Of a DNA stretch of 64,000 bases, positions 48,144 to 57,759 are shown piece by piece (the stretch's first letter is position 1; the number at the start of each line of letters is the position of its first letter). Made by a program: the position numbers and the translations under genes. The notes beneath the pieces are model-generated. The model was not told the origin of the DNA and did not search any database. It saw only the letters and a list, made by a program, of their open reading frames with translations. Source of the stretch: Armatimonadota bacterium (GTDB lineage Bacteria > Armatimonadota > SYMT01). The stretch covers positions 32,001-96,000 of the forward strand of contig JAWLHY010000011.1 in NCBI GenBank assembly GCA_041690135.1, given 5' to 3'.

Positions 48144-50000
48144 TCAGCCCTTCTGATCCAGCAGCCGGGTGAGGTATTCCCCACGAGTGGTTTTCCCCGG
48201 CTGGAACGAGAGGGTCCGCTTCAGCCCCGCGGCTTTGCTCCAGGCCTCGGCATCGGCGGCGGAGACCGGTTCGTCGGGGCGCGCCTCCCAGGCCGGGAGG
48301 AGACCCCGCACCCCGAAGTACTGCACGGCCTCGAAATGCCGGTGCTCGGGAGTGAGGTCGCGGTAATAGATCAGCACCGCCTTCTGGCGCAGGAGTTCGC
48401 GCTGCACGCGGGCGAGGTCCACCTTCCGCACCGGCACGTCCTGCGAGACGGCGAGACTGGCGGCGGTGCCCGCAGCCTGGCCGAGCGCCATCCAGCACGG
48501 CTCCATCCGCAGCGTGGAGAACCCGATGTGGGTGGCGGAAGCCGGAACGGGCGTCAGCAGCCCGTCCACCTTCTTGGGGACCATCACCCCGTAGGGGACG
48601 GTATACGGCTTCGAGGGATAGCTGAAGAAGCCCTCGAGCGCCAGGCGGTCGGCTTCGCGCTTCCGGCAGGCGTGGGAGTCGAGAGCATAATGGCTGGCGG
48701 TGATGCTGGTGGCGTGGACCGGCGGCCGTCCGCCCTCCGTGACGGGCAGGGCGTCGTGGGCGGTGAAGAGGTGCTCGCCTTCGATGCGCCGTCCCTCGCG
48801 CACGTAGACCTGGCGCGGGAAGTGCTCGTTATCGGTGTACTCGTCCTTCGCCAGGCCCCACCGGCGGCAGCGCTCGCGGAAGTCGGCCGGGAGGGCGGGA
48901 TCGTTCTGCGCGAACCAGAGCAGGCCCAGGGTGTAGTCGCGCTGGCGCTGGGCGAAGCGGTCGCGCCAGGTCCAGGAAGAGGTCGGCCACGGCCAGTTCT
49001 CCTCCGGGAGGTCGGTGGAGATCAGTGCCGCGTGCTGGTTGTTGGCATCCGTCTTGCCGTTGGGGAGGCGGACCATATTCACGATCCGGCCGATCCCGTT
49101 CCAGTCCAGTTCACCGCGTCTGGCGTCCGGGGGCGCGGCGACGCGGTTGAGACGAAGATCTTCCACCAGGGAAGCGTACTCCTCGCGCTGGTAGTTCTTC
49201 GGCTTCGGGACGGCCACCCGGATCTCGGCGCGGTCGGTCAGCGGTAGCCGGTAGTTGTAGGCCTGGACGGCGTTGTCGGCCGCGCCGGTGGTGCCGGTGA
49301 CCACGGGGCCGCCCCACAGCTTGTAGAGGATCCCCGCCATCGGCTCGTTGAACTCCGCGGCGCTTTCCCGGCCGACCCGGAAAGGAGCGCCCGCCGCCGC
49401 GGCGAGGTCGCCCTCGTAGGTGGCGTCGATGAACACCTTCCCACGGTACGCCTCGGTGGCGCCCGTCTGCCGGTTCAGGATGCGGATTCCAGTAAGACGT
49501 CCCTTCTCCAGCGTCACGTTCTCCGGCAGGGCGTCGAACTGTCGCATCCGCAGCACGGTCACCCGCGGCTGCTCCGCCAGCATCGCCTCCAGCGTCCGCT
49601 CGCCGACCGAGGGTTCGAAATGGTACCCCGAGGACGCATCCTTTACCTGCGGCGAGTCCTTACCGTAGGTGCGGACGTAATGGTCGAGGTTGCGCCGCAC
49701 GAATTCGACGAACAGCCCGGCCGTGGCCCCGCGGGTGTGGATGTCGGTGGCGCCGAGCCCGTTAGCCGGCAGCCCGCCGACGTGGGCGGTCCGCTCCAGC
49801 AGGACTACCGAACGTCCACCCCGCGCCGCCGCGATCGCTGCCATGATGCCGCCGGGAGTCCCTCCCACCACCACCACGTCCCGCTCGGTCGGCCGGGCCG
49901 CCGTGTTCTGGGTTTCCAGCGCCGTCGCGGCCGGGACGAGAGCGCCAAGGGTGAGGACGGTCAGGGTCAGGTTCAGGGGGAAGTAGGGGTGTCGATTCAT
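48144..50000 (-). CDS. Secreted FAD-dependent oxidoreductase
   Basis: DVVVVGGTPGGIMAAIAAAR, FIDATYEGDLAAAAG, YVREGRRI, LRMEPCWMALGQAAG. Confidence 0.9.
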   Translation of the reverse strand: MNRHPYFPLNLTLTVLTLGALVPAATALETQNTAARPTERDVVVVGGTPGGIMAAIAAARGGRSVVLLERTAHVGGLPANGLGATDIHTRGATAGLFVEFVRRNLDHYVRTYGKDSPQVKDASSGYHFEPSVGERTLEAMLAEQPRVTVLRMRQFDALPENVTLEKGRLTGIRILNRQTGATEAYRGKVFIDATYEGDLAAAAGAPFRVGRESAAEFNEPMAGILYKLWGGPVVTGTTGAADNAVQAYNYRLPLTDRAEIRVAVPKPKNYQREEYASLVEDLRLNRVAAPPDARRGELDWNGIGRIVNMVRLPNGKTDANNQHAALISTDLPEENWPWPTSSWTWRDRFAQRQRDYTLGLLWFAQNDPALPADFRERCRRWGLAKDEYTDNEHFPRQVYVREGRRIEGEHLFTAHDALPVTEGGRPPVHATSITASHYALDSHACRKREADRLALEGFFSYPSKPYTVPYGVMVPKKVDGLLTPVPASATHIGFSTLRMEPCWMALGQAAGTAASLAVSQDVPVRKVDLARVQRELLRQKAVLIYYRDLTPEHRHFEAVQYFGVRGLLPAWEARPDEPVSAADAEAWSKAAGLKRTLSFQPGKTTRGEYLTRLLDQKG

Positions 50001-50065
50001 GAGTGCGTGAACCAGGGGGACTTGAGGAGCTGAACAGCAAGTTCCATTATATGCCGGTAGTCGAC

Positions 50066-51091
50066 TCACTTCCCTTTCGGGGCCTGAAGCATCAACGCCT
50101 CCAGGGTTTGCTCGATGTAACGGTCGTTCGGCTTCCCATCCACTTTCCGCTTCAGCAGGTAGCCCTGCTTGCTGTCCTGGTCGTACCTCCACTCGAAGGT
50201 CATGTCCTGCTGCAGGTCCATGTAGCCGCGCGTCTCTTCCTCCCAGTAGTCCCGCAGACCGCGCACCGCGTAGAGCACCGTCGTGGGGTCGGCCACGTGC
50301 CGGTCCTTCGCTTCCCCGCCGAAGTAATACTGGTAACCCATCCGGACCGGGTTGCTCTCCGGAAGTTCACGCAGCCGCGCGCCCACCTTCAACCCGCTGG
50401 GCACCGAGCCGATCTCCCGGCCCACGAACATCAGCCGCGCCGGCCAGTTCCACACGGCATAGTGGGCCGCCGCCTTGTCGAAGGTGAAGTTGTTGTTCGT
50501 GAGCTTCACGTCGTCGCGCGCCGGGCGGCCGATGAAGTTGCCGCCCATGCAGGCCCACAACTTCACCTTCTTGCGGATGACCTCCATCCCGCTGGGTTCG
50601 TTGCCCTCCGCGGGGAGTTTCATCAGGTCCGCGATGTTGGTGAGGTACCCCACGGTGACCACCGTCACGCTCCGGTCCGGCTGCTTCAGCAGGATCTGCC
50701 GATACAGCCGGGCCGCATCGGGCGCCTTCTCGTTGGCGCCGAGATCCTGGGGGAACTGCTCGGCGAGCTGGCGGGCATACTTCGAGGGCTTGTTCGCGCC
50801 CGTTCCCTTTGGAGCGCCGATCGGGAGATTCGGCCGGCCGTAAAAGGTGTTGATCGCGTCCACGCACGGTGCCGACCACGGGTTGTGCGAGGAGACCATG
50901 GTCGCCAGGATCTCCGCCTCGCCTCGGTCCGCCAGGGCATGCAGCACCGCCAGCGCCCCCACGTCATCGCAGTCGCTGTCCATATCGGTGTCGAAGATCA
51001 CCTTAACGGGCGGCGCCGGCGCAGCGGAGCTGGACGGAGGAAAGAGGGCGCCCGCGCAGAGGCAGGCCAGCAGCAGGGGAACAAATCTCAT
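50066..51091 (-). CDS. Secreted nucleoside hydrolase (IU-NH family)
   Basis: VIFDTDMDSDCDDVGALAVL, VGYLTNIA, CMGG, ADPTTVLYAV. Confidence 0.88.
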   Translation of the reverse strand: MRFVPLLLACLCAGALFPPSSSAAPAPPVKVIFDTDMDSDCDDVGALAVLHALADRGEAEILATMVSSHNPWSAPCVDAINTFYGRPNLPIGAPKGTGANKPSKYARQLAEQFPQDLGANEKAPDAARLYRQILLKQPDRSVTVVTVGYLTNIADLMKLPAEGNEPSGMEVIRKKVKLWACMGGNFIGRPARDDVKLTNNNFTFDKAAAHYAVWNWPARLMFVGREIGSVPSGLKVGARLRELPESNPVRMGYQYYFGGEAKDRHVADPTTVLYAVRGLRDYWEEETRGYMDLQQDMTFEWRYDQDSKQGYLLKRKVDGKPNDRYIEQTLEALMLQAPKGK

Positions 51092-51188
51092 CGGCGTGCT
51101 TTCGAGAGGGGGAGACGGAGACTCCGGTATCGGCGGCAAAGTGCAGTTCGTGCGGAGACGAATGAATTCATTGTAGCAGGGATGGGGT

Positions 51189-51773
51189 TCATTCCCGTGG
51201 TTCCCCCAGGAAGCGGAGGGCAGCCCGGGCGTACTCCACCGCGGGCGACTCCAGGTCGCTGTCGGTTTCCCACCGGCCCACGGCCCGCAGCAGTGCCAGG
51301 CCGGCCGCCGTATCCCCTTCCGCGTAAAGCTGCTCCCCGTCCATCTGCATCTCGGCGAGGGCCTCTCCGCGCTCGATCTCGTTCCGCTTCCGCCGGATCT
51401 TCTTGAGCGCCTTCTCCAGTTGCTGCTCGCCGCCCGCTGCGTCCCCCCGGCGGAAGAGCTCCAGGGCCCCGTCGTAGGCGCGCTTGCGGAACTCCGGGAG
51501 CGGATGCCCTCGCTCGTCGACGGCGCTCGGGTGCAGCCTGGCGTAGGCCGCCTCGCGCCGGCCCTTCGGCGTCCATTGGAAGTCGATCCCCTCCTGCGTG
51601 AGGGTCTCGGCCACGGAACGCAGGTTTCCGAACTTCAGCCGGAGAAAATCCGCCCGGCGCATCTCCGCGCGGAGCCGCTCTTCGTTGGCGCGCCACCACG
51701 GGTGCCACGAAGGAACCTCGCGCCCCTCGATCAAATCCTTGAAGTACTGCAGGTCTTTCGGGGTCAGTCCCAT
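51189..51773 (-). CDS. Hypothetical protein
   Basis: RBS AAGGAG + ATG 51773, helical C-terminus, coding-like codon bias. Confidence 0.7.
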   Translation of the reverse strand: MGLTPKDLQYFKDLIEGREVPSWHPWWRANEERLRAEMRRADFLRLKFGNLRSVAETLTQEGIDFQWTPKGRREAAYARLHPSAVDERGHPLPEFRKRAYDGALELFRRGDAAGGEQQLEKALKKIRRKRNEIERGEALAEMQMDGEQLYAEGDTAAGLALLRAVGRWETDSDLESPAVEYARAALRFLGEPRE

Positions 51774-51858
51774 CCGGTCTCCTTCCCGTACGGCTGCATC
51801 TGCCGGAGAACTGTTTGGCGCTCTCCGGGATTCCCCCTTTTCCGGCCGTAACCCCACG

Positions 51859-52227
51859 ATGAACTCCGGAACAGAAGACTATCGAACGGTGCTCCGGCAC
51901 GAATTCGGAGCAGAAGAGGGCTCCTTCCTCCTCCAACTGCGGGTGCACCTCGAGTGGGACCGGGATGCCTTCGACCGTCTCCTCGCGGCGATGGAGACCT
52001 GTTGCCGCGACCACGCCGGTGAAGAGAAGCTGGACCGGTGGCTTGCGGAGGGCTTCTGGTATCTCACCAGCTTTGTCCGCGACTGGACGACCCACCCGCA
52101 GTTCCCCCGCCCCTTTCCGGAAGAGTATTACGATGCCGCCTACCAGCGGCTGGACGAGCTGGCTGAATGGTTCTTCACCGGGGAGTCTCCCAACCTGATG
52201 GATGAGGAAGAGCCAGCGGACGCTTGA
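51859..52227 (+). CDS. Hypothetical protein, immunity-protein-like
   Basis: Small acidic, Trp-rich: GSFLLQLRVHLEWDRDAFDRL...LDRWLAEGFWYL. Confidence 0.6.
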   Translation: MNSGTEDYRTVLRHEFGAEEGSFLLQLRVHLEWDRDAFDRLLAAMETCCRDHAGEEKLDRWLAEGFWYLTSFVRDWTTHPQFPRPFPEEYYDAAYQRLDELAEWFFTGESPNLMDEEEPADA

Positions 52228-52231
52228 AGGA

Positions 52232-52822
52232 ATGTCAACATCTGCTGAGATCGCCGTCCTGATTGCCCGGATGCGTACCGATCCCACGCAGGCGCGGAAC
52301 CTGCGCGGCCAGCGGGACGCGGCGCTGCGCCTCCTGGACGCAGAGACTCAGCGAGTGTTCTCCTGCGACTGCGCCGAGCATGTCCTCTGGATCGTCGCCG
52401 AGGCGCTGCCTGGGGAACCGCGAGCGCAACAGGCGTTGGAGGCGCTGCGGGAGTACCTGGCGGGCCGGACCTCCATCGACGAGCTGGAGGCGACCCGTTC
52501 CGCGGTCTTCGACCTGCGGTTCGAAATGCAGCAGCGGACGCCTCCCTCACCGGCGGTGGAGGAGGCGCTCTGGGCTGTGGTGCAGGTCATCCATTTTTGC
52601 GCGGCGGAGGCCCTACAGGATCGGGGCTACCTCATGCGCGGGGTGGGGCGGGTGAAGGCGGAATGGGTTCCGGACTTTGCCGGTCGCGCCGTCGCGCTCC
52701 ACGCCGCGGGTCCCGATGGGAACGCCGAAGGCCATGCCCGGCGCGCCGAGGCCCGGGCTTGTGGGCGCGCTGCCTCCGACCGGGAAGTCGAGTGGCAGAT
52801 CGATCGTCTCCTGGCAGCATAG
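52232..52822 (+). CDS. Imm5-like putative immunity protein
   Basis: FSCDCAEHVL...PGEPRAQQALEALREYLAG...EVEWQIDRL. Confidence 0.65.
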   Translation: MSTSAEIAVLIARMRTDPTQARNLRGQRDAALRLLDAETQRVFSCDCAEHVLWIVAEALPGEPRAQQALEALREYLAGRTSIDELEATRSAVFDLRFEMQQRTPPSPAVEEALWAVVQVIHFCAAEALQDRGYLMRGVGRVKAEWVPDFAGRAVALHAAGPDGNAEGHARRAEARACGRAASDREVEWQIDRLLAA

Positions 52823-52943
52823 CAGGACCGTGCCTCCGCACCCGGAATTCACCACGGTAGCCGCAAGGGTGACGGTAGGCGAACCCAGGAAGCAAAGGCC
52901 CCACCCGGGTCAAGAAGAACCGGCCAGCTTTCGCAATCGCTCC

Positions 52944-53477
52944 TCAAGCCCCTCGCGCAAACGCTGAACCGAGGCGGTAGGGTCCGCCAGCCGCTTCGGG
53001 TGGGGCGCCGGAGGGCGGCGGAGCATCCCGGAGATAATTCAGGCCGGCCGGGGCACGGAGGAACAGCACCAGCCGGCGCCCCACCCGAAGCGGCAGAGCC
53101 GGAAGCGGGTCGGTTGCAGCTTTGGGGGGAGATTCGGCGACGGGCGCTTCGAAGCGAACCCGGAATGCCAGGCCGGAGGCGGACTGCCGCATCGGCCCCT
53201 TGTAGACACGAATGAACCGGCACTCCGCGATCCACGCTCCCTGCTCGTCGCTGCCGGCGGTGGGGATCCCCTCCCGAGACTCCCGGACGAGGGTGGGTAA
53301 AGCCGTCAGCCGGGTGACCTCGCAGGCGACGACGTGGTGGGACTGCTCCCACACCTCCCGCAACCGCGCCTCGGGAAGTCTCGCCGTGTCATTCACCGTC
53401 GTGTTTCAGTCTGCGGCCGAGGGCGCCACAACCATCGCCAGTGCTAAGCCAAGCAGGAGCCGGAAGCCTCTCATCAT
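52944..53477 (-). CDS. Secreted hypothetical protein with in-frame TGA at codon 24 (recoded or nonsense pseudogene)
   Basis: RBS GAGGTGG, MMRGFRLLLGLALAMVVAPSAAD-TGA(53408-53406)-NTTVNDTARL..., in frame with ORF 52944-53396. Confidence 0.6.
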
Positions 53478-53904
53478 GAAACCACCTCACCACGTAACGT
53501 CCTCCCAGTTGGACGGGCTTCCCGCATCAGGGTTACACGGGGAGCGATACGTTTTGCGTGATGCGTATTGCGGATTTGCCCGGTGAACGGAAAAACCGTG
53601 AGGTTACCCACCGGCGATGCGTGCCGCGCGGTTCGCCGCTAATCTCTAACCTGGCGAAGCCAGAGCCAAGGGGAGGATCGCGTCATTGGGAAGGAGCCTT
53701 AGCGACTGCGGCAATCCCCCTGCCTTCCGCGGCGCCATCTTCGGCACCGTTCGCCCGATTTGCAGAATTCGCTGCGGAACTCCCAGGCCGGAGGGTGACC
53801 TACGGAGGGCGAGCCCCACTGCGGTCACCAGGGGGATTGCCACGCCCCGCAGTGGACGGACCTCGCACGTGAAAGCGACACAAACCAAAGTGCGGCAGGC
53901 GTGG

Positions 53905-54639
53905 CTAGTGGCGGATCGGTCGGGGCTCGCATTTCTCCGCAGCCGCGAAATCGGCCCACAGCGCCGGGATCTCCTTGCCGGTGATCTCCTGGAAGAGCTC
54001 ATCGGTGTACCGCCCGGCGCGGAGGGCGGCGTGGAGCTTGGGGACCACGCCCCGGCCGTAGCGCTCCTCCAGGTGGATCAGGAACGCGGCGGTGGTTTTG
54101 TAGGCGTCGGTGTGCTTCGCCTTCGTGAAGTCGATCTTCGGCCGGGTCAGCGCCGGTTCGAAGTGCTGGAGGCGCACGTAATCGGCGATCCCTTCCACCA
54201 GCCAGCCCGCCCGGTTGCGAGGATAGCGCTGTACCAGGTGCGTCAACTCGTGGGCCACCATCCCGAAATCGTTGGGATGCGACTTTACCCAGTGCGCGGC
54301 GATATGGATCTCGCTGCCCCGGGCATAGGCCACCCCTTTCATGTCCTTCTCGAAGATGATGCGGACCACCGGCGCCAGGGGGCGCTCCGCATCGTTGCTC
54401 TCCAGGATGGCGACCACTTTCGGATACCAGGTCTCGCAGAGGGCCTCCGCGGCCCGACCCCACGGCTGCAACTCCGGAACCTGCGTGGTGTCGGCTTCGA
54501 ACCGGGGCGCCTTAACGGTCACGGCCGCCGGCGGGTTCTCCTGGGACTCCACGGGCCCGTCAGCCCCACCGCACAGCAATAGTGCCGTGGCGCAGAGGCC
54601 GATCCGGAGCAATCTTTGCATCATCTTCCCTTTCGTCAT
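53905..54639 (-). CDS. Basic secretory protein (BSP) family zincin metallopeptidase
   Basis: VAHELTHLVQ...WLVEGIADYVR; signal peptide. Confidence 0.9.
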   Translation of the reverse strand: MTKGKMMQRLLRIGLCATALLLCGGADGPVESQENPPAAVTVKAPRFEADTTQVPELQPWGRAAEALCETWYPKVVAILESNDAERPLAPVVRIIFEKDMKGVAYARGSEIHIAAHWVKSHPNDFGMVAHELTHLVQRYPRNRAGWLVEGIADYVRLQHFEPALTRPKIDFTKAKHTDAYKTTAAFLIHLEERYGRGVVPKLHAALRAGRYTDELFQEITGKEIPALWADFAAAEKCEPRPIRH

Positions 54640-54788
54640 TCAGGTCCTGAGTGTCCGGTCCCACCCTTGTTTCGAGCCGGCACGGAGAGGTCCTCCTGCT
54701 GCCGTTGAAGTAGAGAGGGAATACGCCGCCAAAGGCGGAAGGAGTGAAGGGATGAGGGTGTCGGGGTGCTCCGCGGAGAGAAGCGAAG

Positions 54789-55865
54789 ATGCGAAAGGTT
54801 CCGGCGATGGCGCTAGGTATGGTACTGCTCGGAGCGAGCGCAGCCTCGGCCGACACCTATGTCTACGTATCGGTGGCGGCGGAGAAGCGGATCGCGGTCT
54901 ACCGCGCCGAGGCCCGCACCGGCGCCCTGGCGCATCTGCGGGACGTTCCCACCGAGGGCGAGCCCGGCGCGCTCGTGGTCGATCCCGACCGCCGGTTCCT
55001 CTTCGCTTCACTGCGCGCGGAGGGGAAGCTCTCCTCTTTCCGCATCGACCCGAAATCGGGTGGCCTCACGCCGGTCAACACCGTGCCGGCCGGTCCGGAC
55101 CCGGCACATCTCTCCACGGACCGCCAGGGTCGCTTCCTCCTCTGCGCTTACTACGTGGATGCAAAGGTCACGGTCCACGCGATCGGTCCGGCGGGCGAGC
55201 TCAGCCGTGAACCCCGGCAGACGCTTCCCACGGTGGAGAAGGCCCACGCCATCCTGCTCGACCGGAAACAGCGGTTCGCGTTCGTTCCCCATACCGGTCC
55301 GAACGTGATCTACCAGTTCACCTACGACGCAAAGCGGGGAGAGCTCCGCCCCGCGGCCGTACCCCGCCTGAAGACCCCGCCGAACACCGGACCGCGGCAC
55401 CTGGTCTTCCACCCCTCCGGAGAGATCGCCTACGTCGATAACGAGCAGGGCGGCAGCGTTACCGCCTACCGGCTGGACCGCAAGGCGGGCACGCTGCGAC
55501 CGTTTCAGACTCTCTCGACGCTCCCCCCGGGCTTCTCCGGCAGCAACGCCTGCGCCGAGATCCGGATCCATCCCAACGGCCGTTTCCTGTACGTCGCCAA
55601 CCGGGGCCACGATAGCCTGGCCGGCTTCCGCATCGCTCCGGAGGAGGGACGGCTGACCGCGCTGGCGCAGACGCCCACGGAACGGACCCCGCGCTCCTTT
55701 GACCTCGACCCCTCCGGACGATACCTGTACGCGGCGGGGGAATCTTCCGGCAACCTGGCGGGATACCGGGTGGACCCCGAGACGGGAGCCCTGGAGCGGT
55801 TTGCCACGTGGAAAGTGGGTAAACAACCGTGGTGGGTCCTGTCCGTATCCCTGGGGGATGACTGA
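54789..55865 (+). CDS. 6-phosphogluconolactonase-like lactonase (beta-propeller)
   Basis: KAHAI, GPRHLVFHP, HPNGRFLYVANRGHDS, TPRSF. Confidence 0.92.
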   Translation: MRKVPAMALGMVLLGASAASADTYVYVSVAAEKRIAVYRAEARTGALAHLRDVPTEGEPGALVVDPDRRFLFASLRAEGKLSSFRIDPKSGGLTPVNTVPAGPDPAHLSTDRQGRFLLCAYYVDAKVTVHAIGPAGELSREPRQTLPTVEKAHAILLDRKQRFAFVPHTGPNVIYQFTYDAKRGELRPAAVPRLKTPPNTGPRHLVFHPSGEIAYVDNEQGGSVTAYRLDRKAGTLRPFQTLSTLPPGFSGSNACAEIRIHPNGRFLYVANRGHDSLAGFRIAPEEGRLTALAQTPTERTPRSFDLDPSGRYLYAAGESSGNLAGYRVDPETGALERFATWKVGKQPWWVLSVSLGDD

Positions 55866-55984
55866 TCCGGGGCCGGCTGCATTGAGTTTTCGTGGGTATC
55901 GTCCTTACCGCACACCCGGCAGGTGAGGAAGGGCGAGTCTTGCCGTATAACAAACGTAAGACAAAGGTTGGAGGGAGAGCATCG

Positions 55985-57382
55985 ATGTTGACGATCTACG
56001 GCGGCAAAACGCGGTTCTGTGACGGTATTTCCCGGCGGGGGTTCCTCACGGTCGGGGGCTTCACCTTCGCGGGTATCGCCGGGCTTTCCCTGGCCGACGT
56101 GCTCCGCGCCGAGGCGGCCACCGGTAAGCGGAACCAGCACAAGGCGCTGATCAACATCTTCCTTGCCGGCGGGGCGCCCCACCAGGATACGTGGGACCTG
56201 AAGCCGGACGCCCCTTCCGAGATCCGCGGCGAGTTCAAGCCGATCAAGACGAACGTCGCCGGGCTGGAGATCTGCGAGGTCTTTCCCCAGCTCGCGCAGC
56301 GGATGGACAAGTTCGCGGTGCTCCGTTCTGTCGTCGGGAACGCCGGCGACCATGATGCCTACCAGTGCATGACCGGCTGGCGACGCAACGAGCTGGCTTC
56401 GGTGGGCGGCTACCCCTCCATCGGGTCGGTCGCCGCGCGTCTCCACGGACCCGTCGACCGCTCGGTGCCCCCCGCCGTCGGCCTGGCAGCCCCCACCCGT
56501 GAGCGCCGCTGGTCCGACTCCGGCAGCCCGGGTTTCCTCGGCGCCGCGTATGCCCCCTTCAAGCCGTTCATGACCGGGGACAAGCCTTCGGAGGGCACCC
56601 AGAAGCTGGTGGGCGCCTACGAGAACGGTCCGGGCCTGAAGCTACAGATTTCGCAGACCCAGTTGCAGAACCGCCGCCACCTGCTGGAGGTGCTCGGGAA
56701 CGCCCGCCGCGACCTGGATGAGAACGAGGGTGTGCAGGCGCTGGATGCCAGCTTCCAGTCCGCGTTCGACCTGCTGACTTCCACCAAGATGGCCGATGCG
56801 CTCGACATCAGCCAGGAGAGCCCGAAAACCCGTGAGCGGTACGGGGACGGCAAGCCCTACAAGTTCCAGTACGACGGCGCCCCCACCTGCAACGACCACC
56901 TGCTGATGGCGCGCCGCCTGGTGGAAGCGGGCGCCCGCGTGGTGACCCTCTCCTACGGCCGGTGGGACAGCCATGGCAAGAACTTCGACCTGGTGCGAGA
57001 TCACGGTTCCAAGCTCGACCAGTGCCTCTCCGCCCTGATCGACGACCTCCACGACCGCGGTCTCCTGAACGACGTGTCCGTGGTCGTCTGGGGCGAGTTC
57101 GGCCGCACGCCCACCATCAACAAGGACGCGGGCCGCGATCACTGGCCGCAATTGAACTCCGCGCTCCTGGCCGGCGGCGGCATGAACGTGGGGCAGGTCA
57201 TCGGCGCTTCGGACCGCATGGGCGGCCACGCCGAGGAGCGCCCCGTCCACATGCAGGAGATCATGGCCACCCTCTACCACAACCTGGGCATCGACACCCG
57301 CTCGGTGATGGTGGACGACCGTTCCGGCCGCCCGCAGTGGCTTCTCGACCACAAAGACCCGATCCAGGAACTGGTGGGGTAA
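55985..57382 (+). CDS. DUF1501 domain protein
   Basis: CDGISRRGFL, IFLAGGAPHQDTWDLKP, WDSHG, WGEFGRTP, GRDHWP. Confidence 0.93.
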   Translation: MLTIYGGKTRFCDGISRRGFLTVGGFTFAGIAGLSLADVLRAEAATGKRNQHKALINIFLAGGAPHQDTWDLKPDAPSEIRGEFKPIKTNVAGLEICEVFPQLAQRMDKFAVLRSVVGNAGDHDAYQCMTGWRRNELASVGGYPSIGSVAARLHGPVDRSVPPAVGLAAPTRERRWSDSGSPGFLGAAYAPFKPFMTGDKPSEGTQKLVGAYENGPGLKLQISQTQLQNRRHLLEVLGNARRDLDENEGVQALDASFQSAFDLLTSTKMADALDISQESPKTRERYGDGKPYKFQYDGAPTCNDHLLMARRLVEAGARVVTLSYGRWDSHGKNFDLVRDHGSKLDQCLSALIDDLHDRGLLNDVSVVVWGEFGRTPTINKDAGRDHWPQLNSALLAGGGMNVGQVIGASDRMGGHAEERPVHMQEIMATLYHNLGIDTRSVMVDDRSGRPQWLLDHKDPIQELVG

Positions 57383-57387
57383 TAGTC

Positions 57388-57462
57388 AGTTCCGCCACCC
57401 TCGGGTCGTAAAAGTTCCGAGTTCCGAGTTCCGCCACCCCGCGGGTGGTAAAAGTTCCGAGT
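57388..57462. repeat. Tandem duplication with AGTTCCG heptamers
   Basis: AGTTCCGCCACCC..CGGGT(C/G)GTAAAAGTTCCG at 57388 and 57427. Confidence 0.75.
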
Positions 57463-57689
57463 CCGCGACGGCGGACTTGGGTTAGTCAGCCCCGGATTTC
57501 AATCCGGAGACGCGACCGGGGGTTCGCTCCCCGCGGTTTCCCCCCGGGGCTGAACGGGTTAACGGTACCTGTAGGGAACGTCTCGCCGTAGCGTTCCGCC
57601 GTACTGGAACTGATCCCATCGTGCCAACTCACGGCGGTAGGGGACCCAGGTGGATCCGGGTTGGCCACCCCATCAGCTTCGTCAGTTTC

Positions 57690-57717
57690 GGAATGGAACG
57701 GCGTCACATTCCCTACG
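57690..57717 (-). repeat. GTAG REP-like family C (second copy at 11782-11808)
   Basis: GTAGGGAATGTGACGCCG(T/C)TCCATTCC on the minus strand at both sites; related GTAGGGAACGTCTCGCCG at 57571. Confidence 0.8.
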
Positions 57718-57759
57718 GTTCGAATTCCCCTGGGTAGGTGTTGCGGGACGGACACCTGC

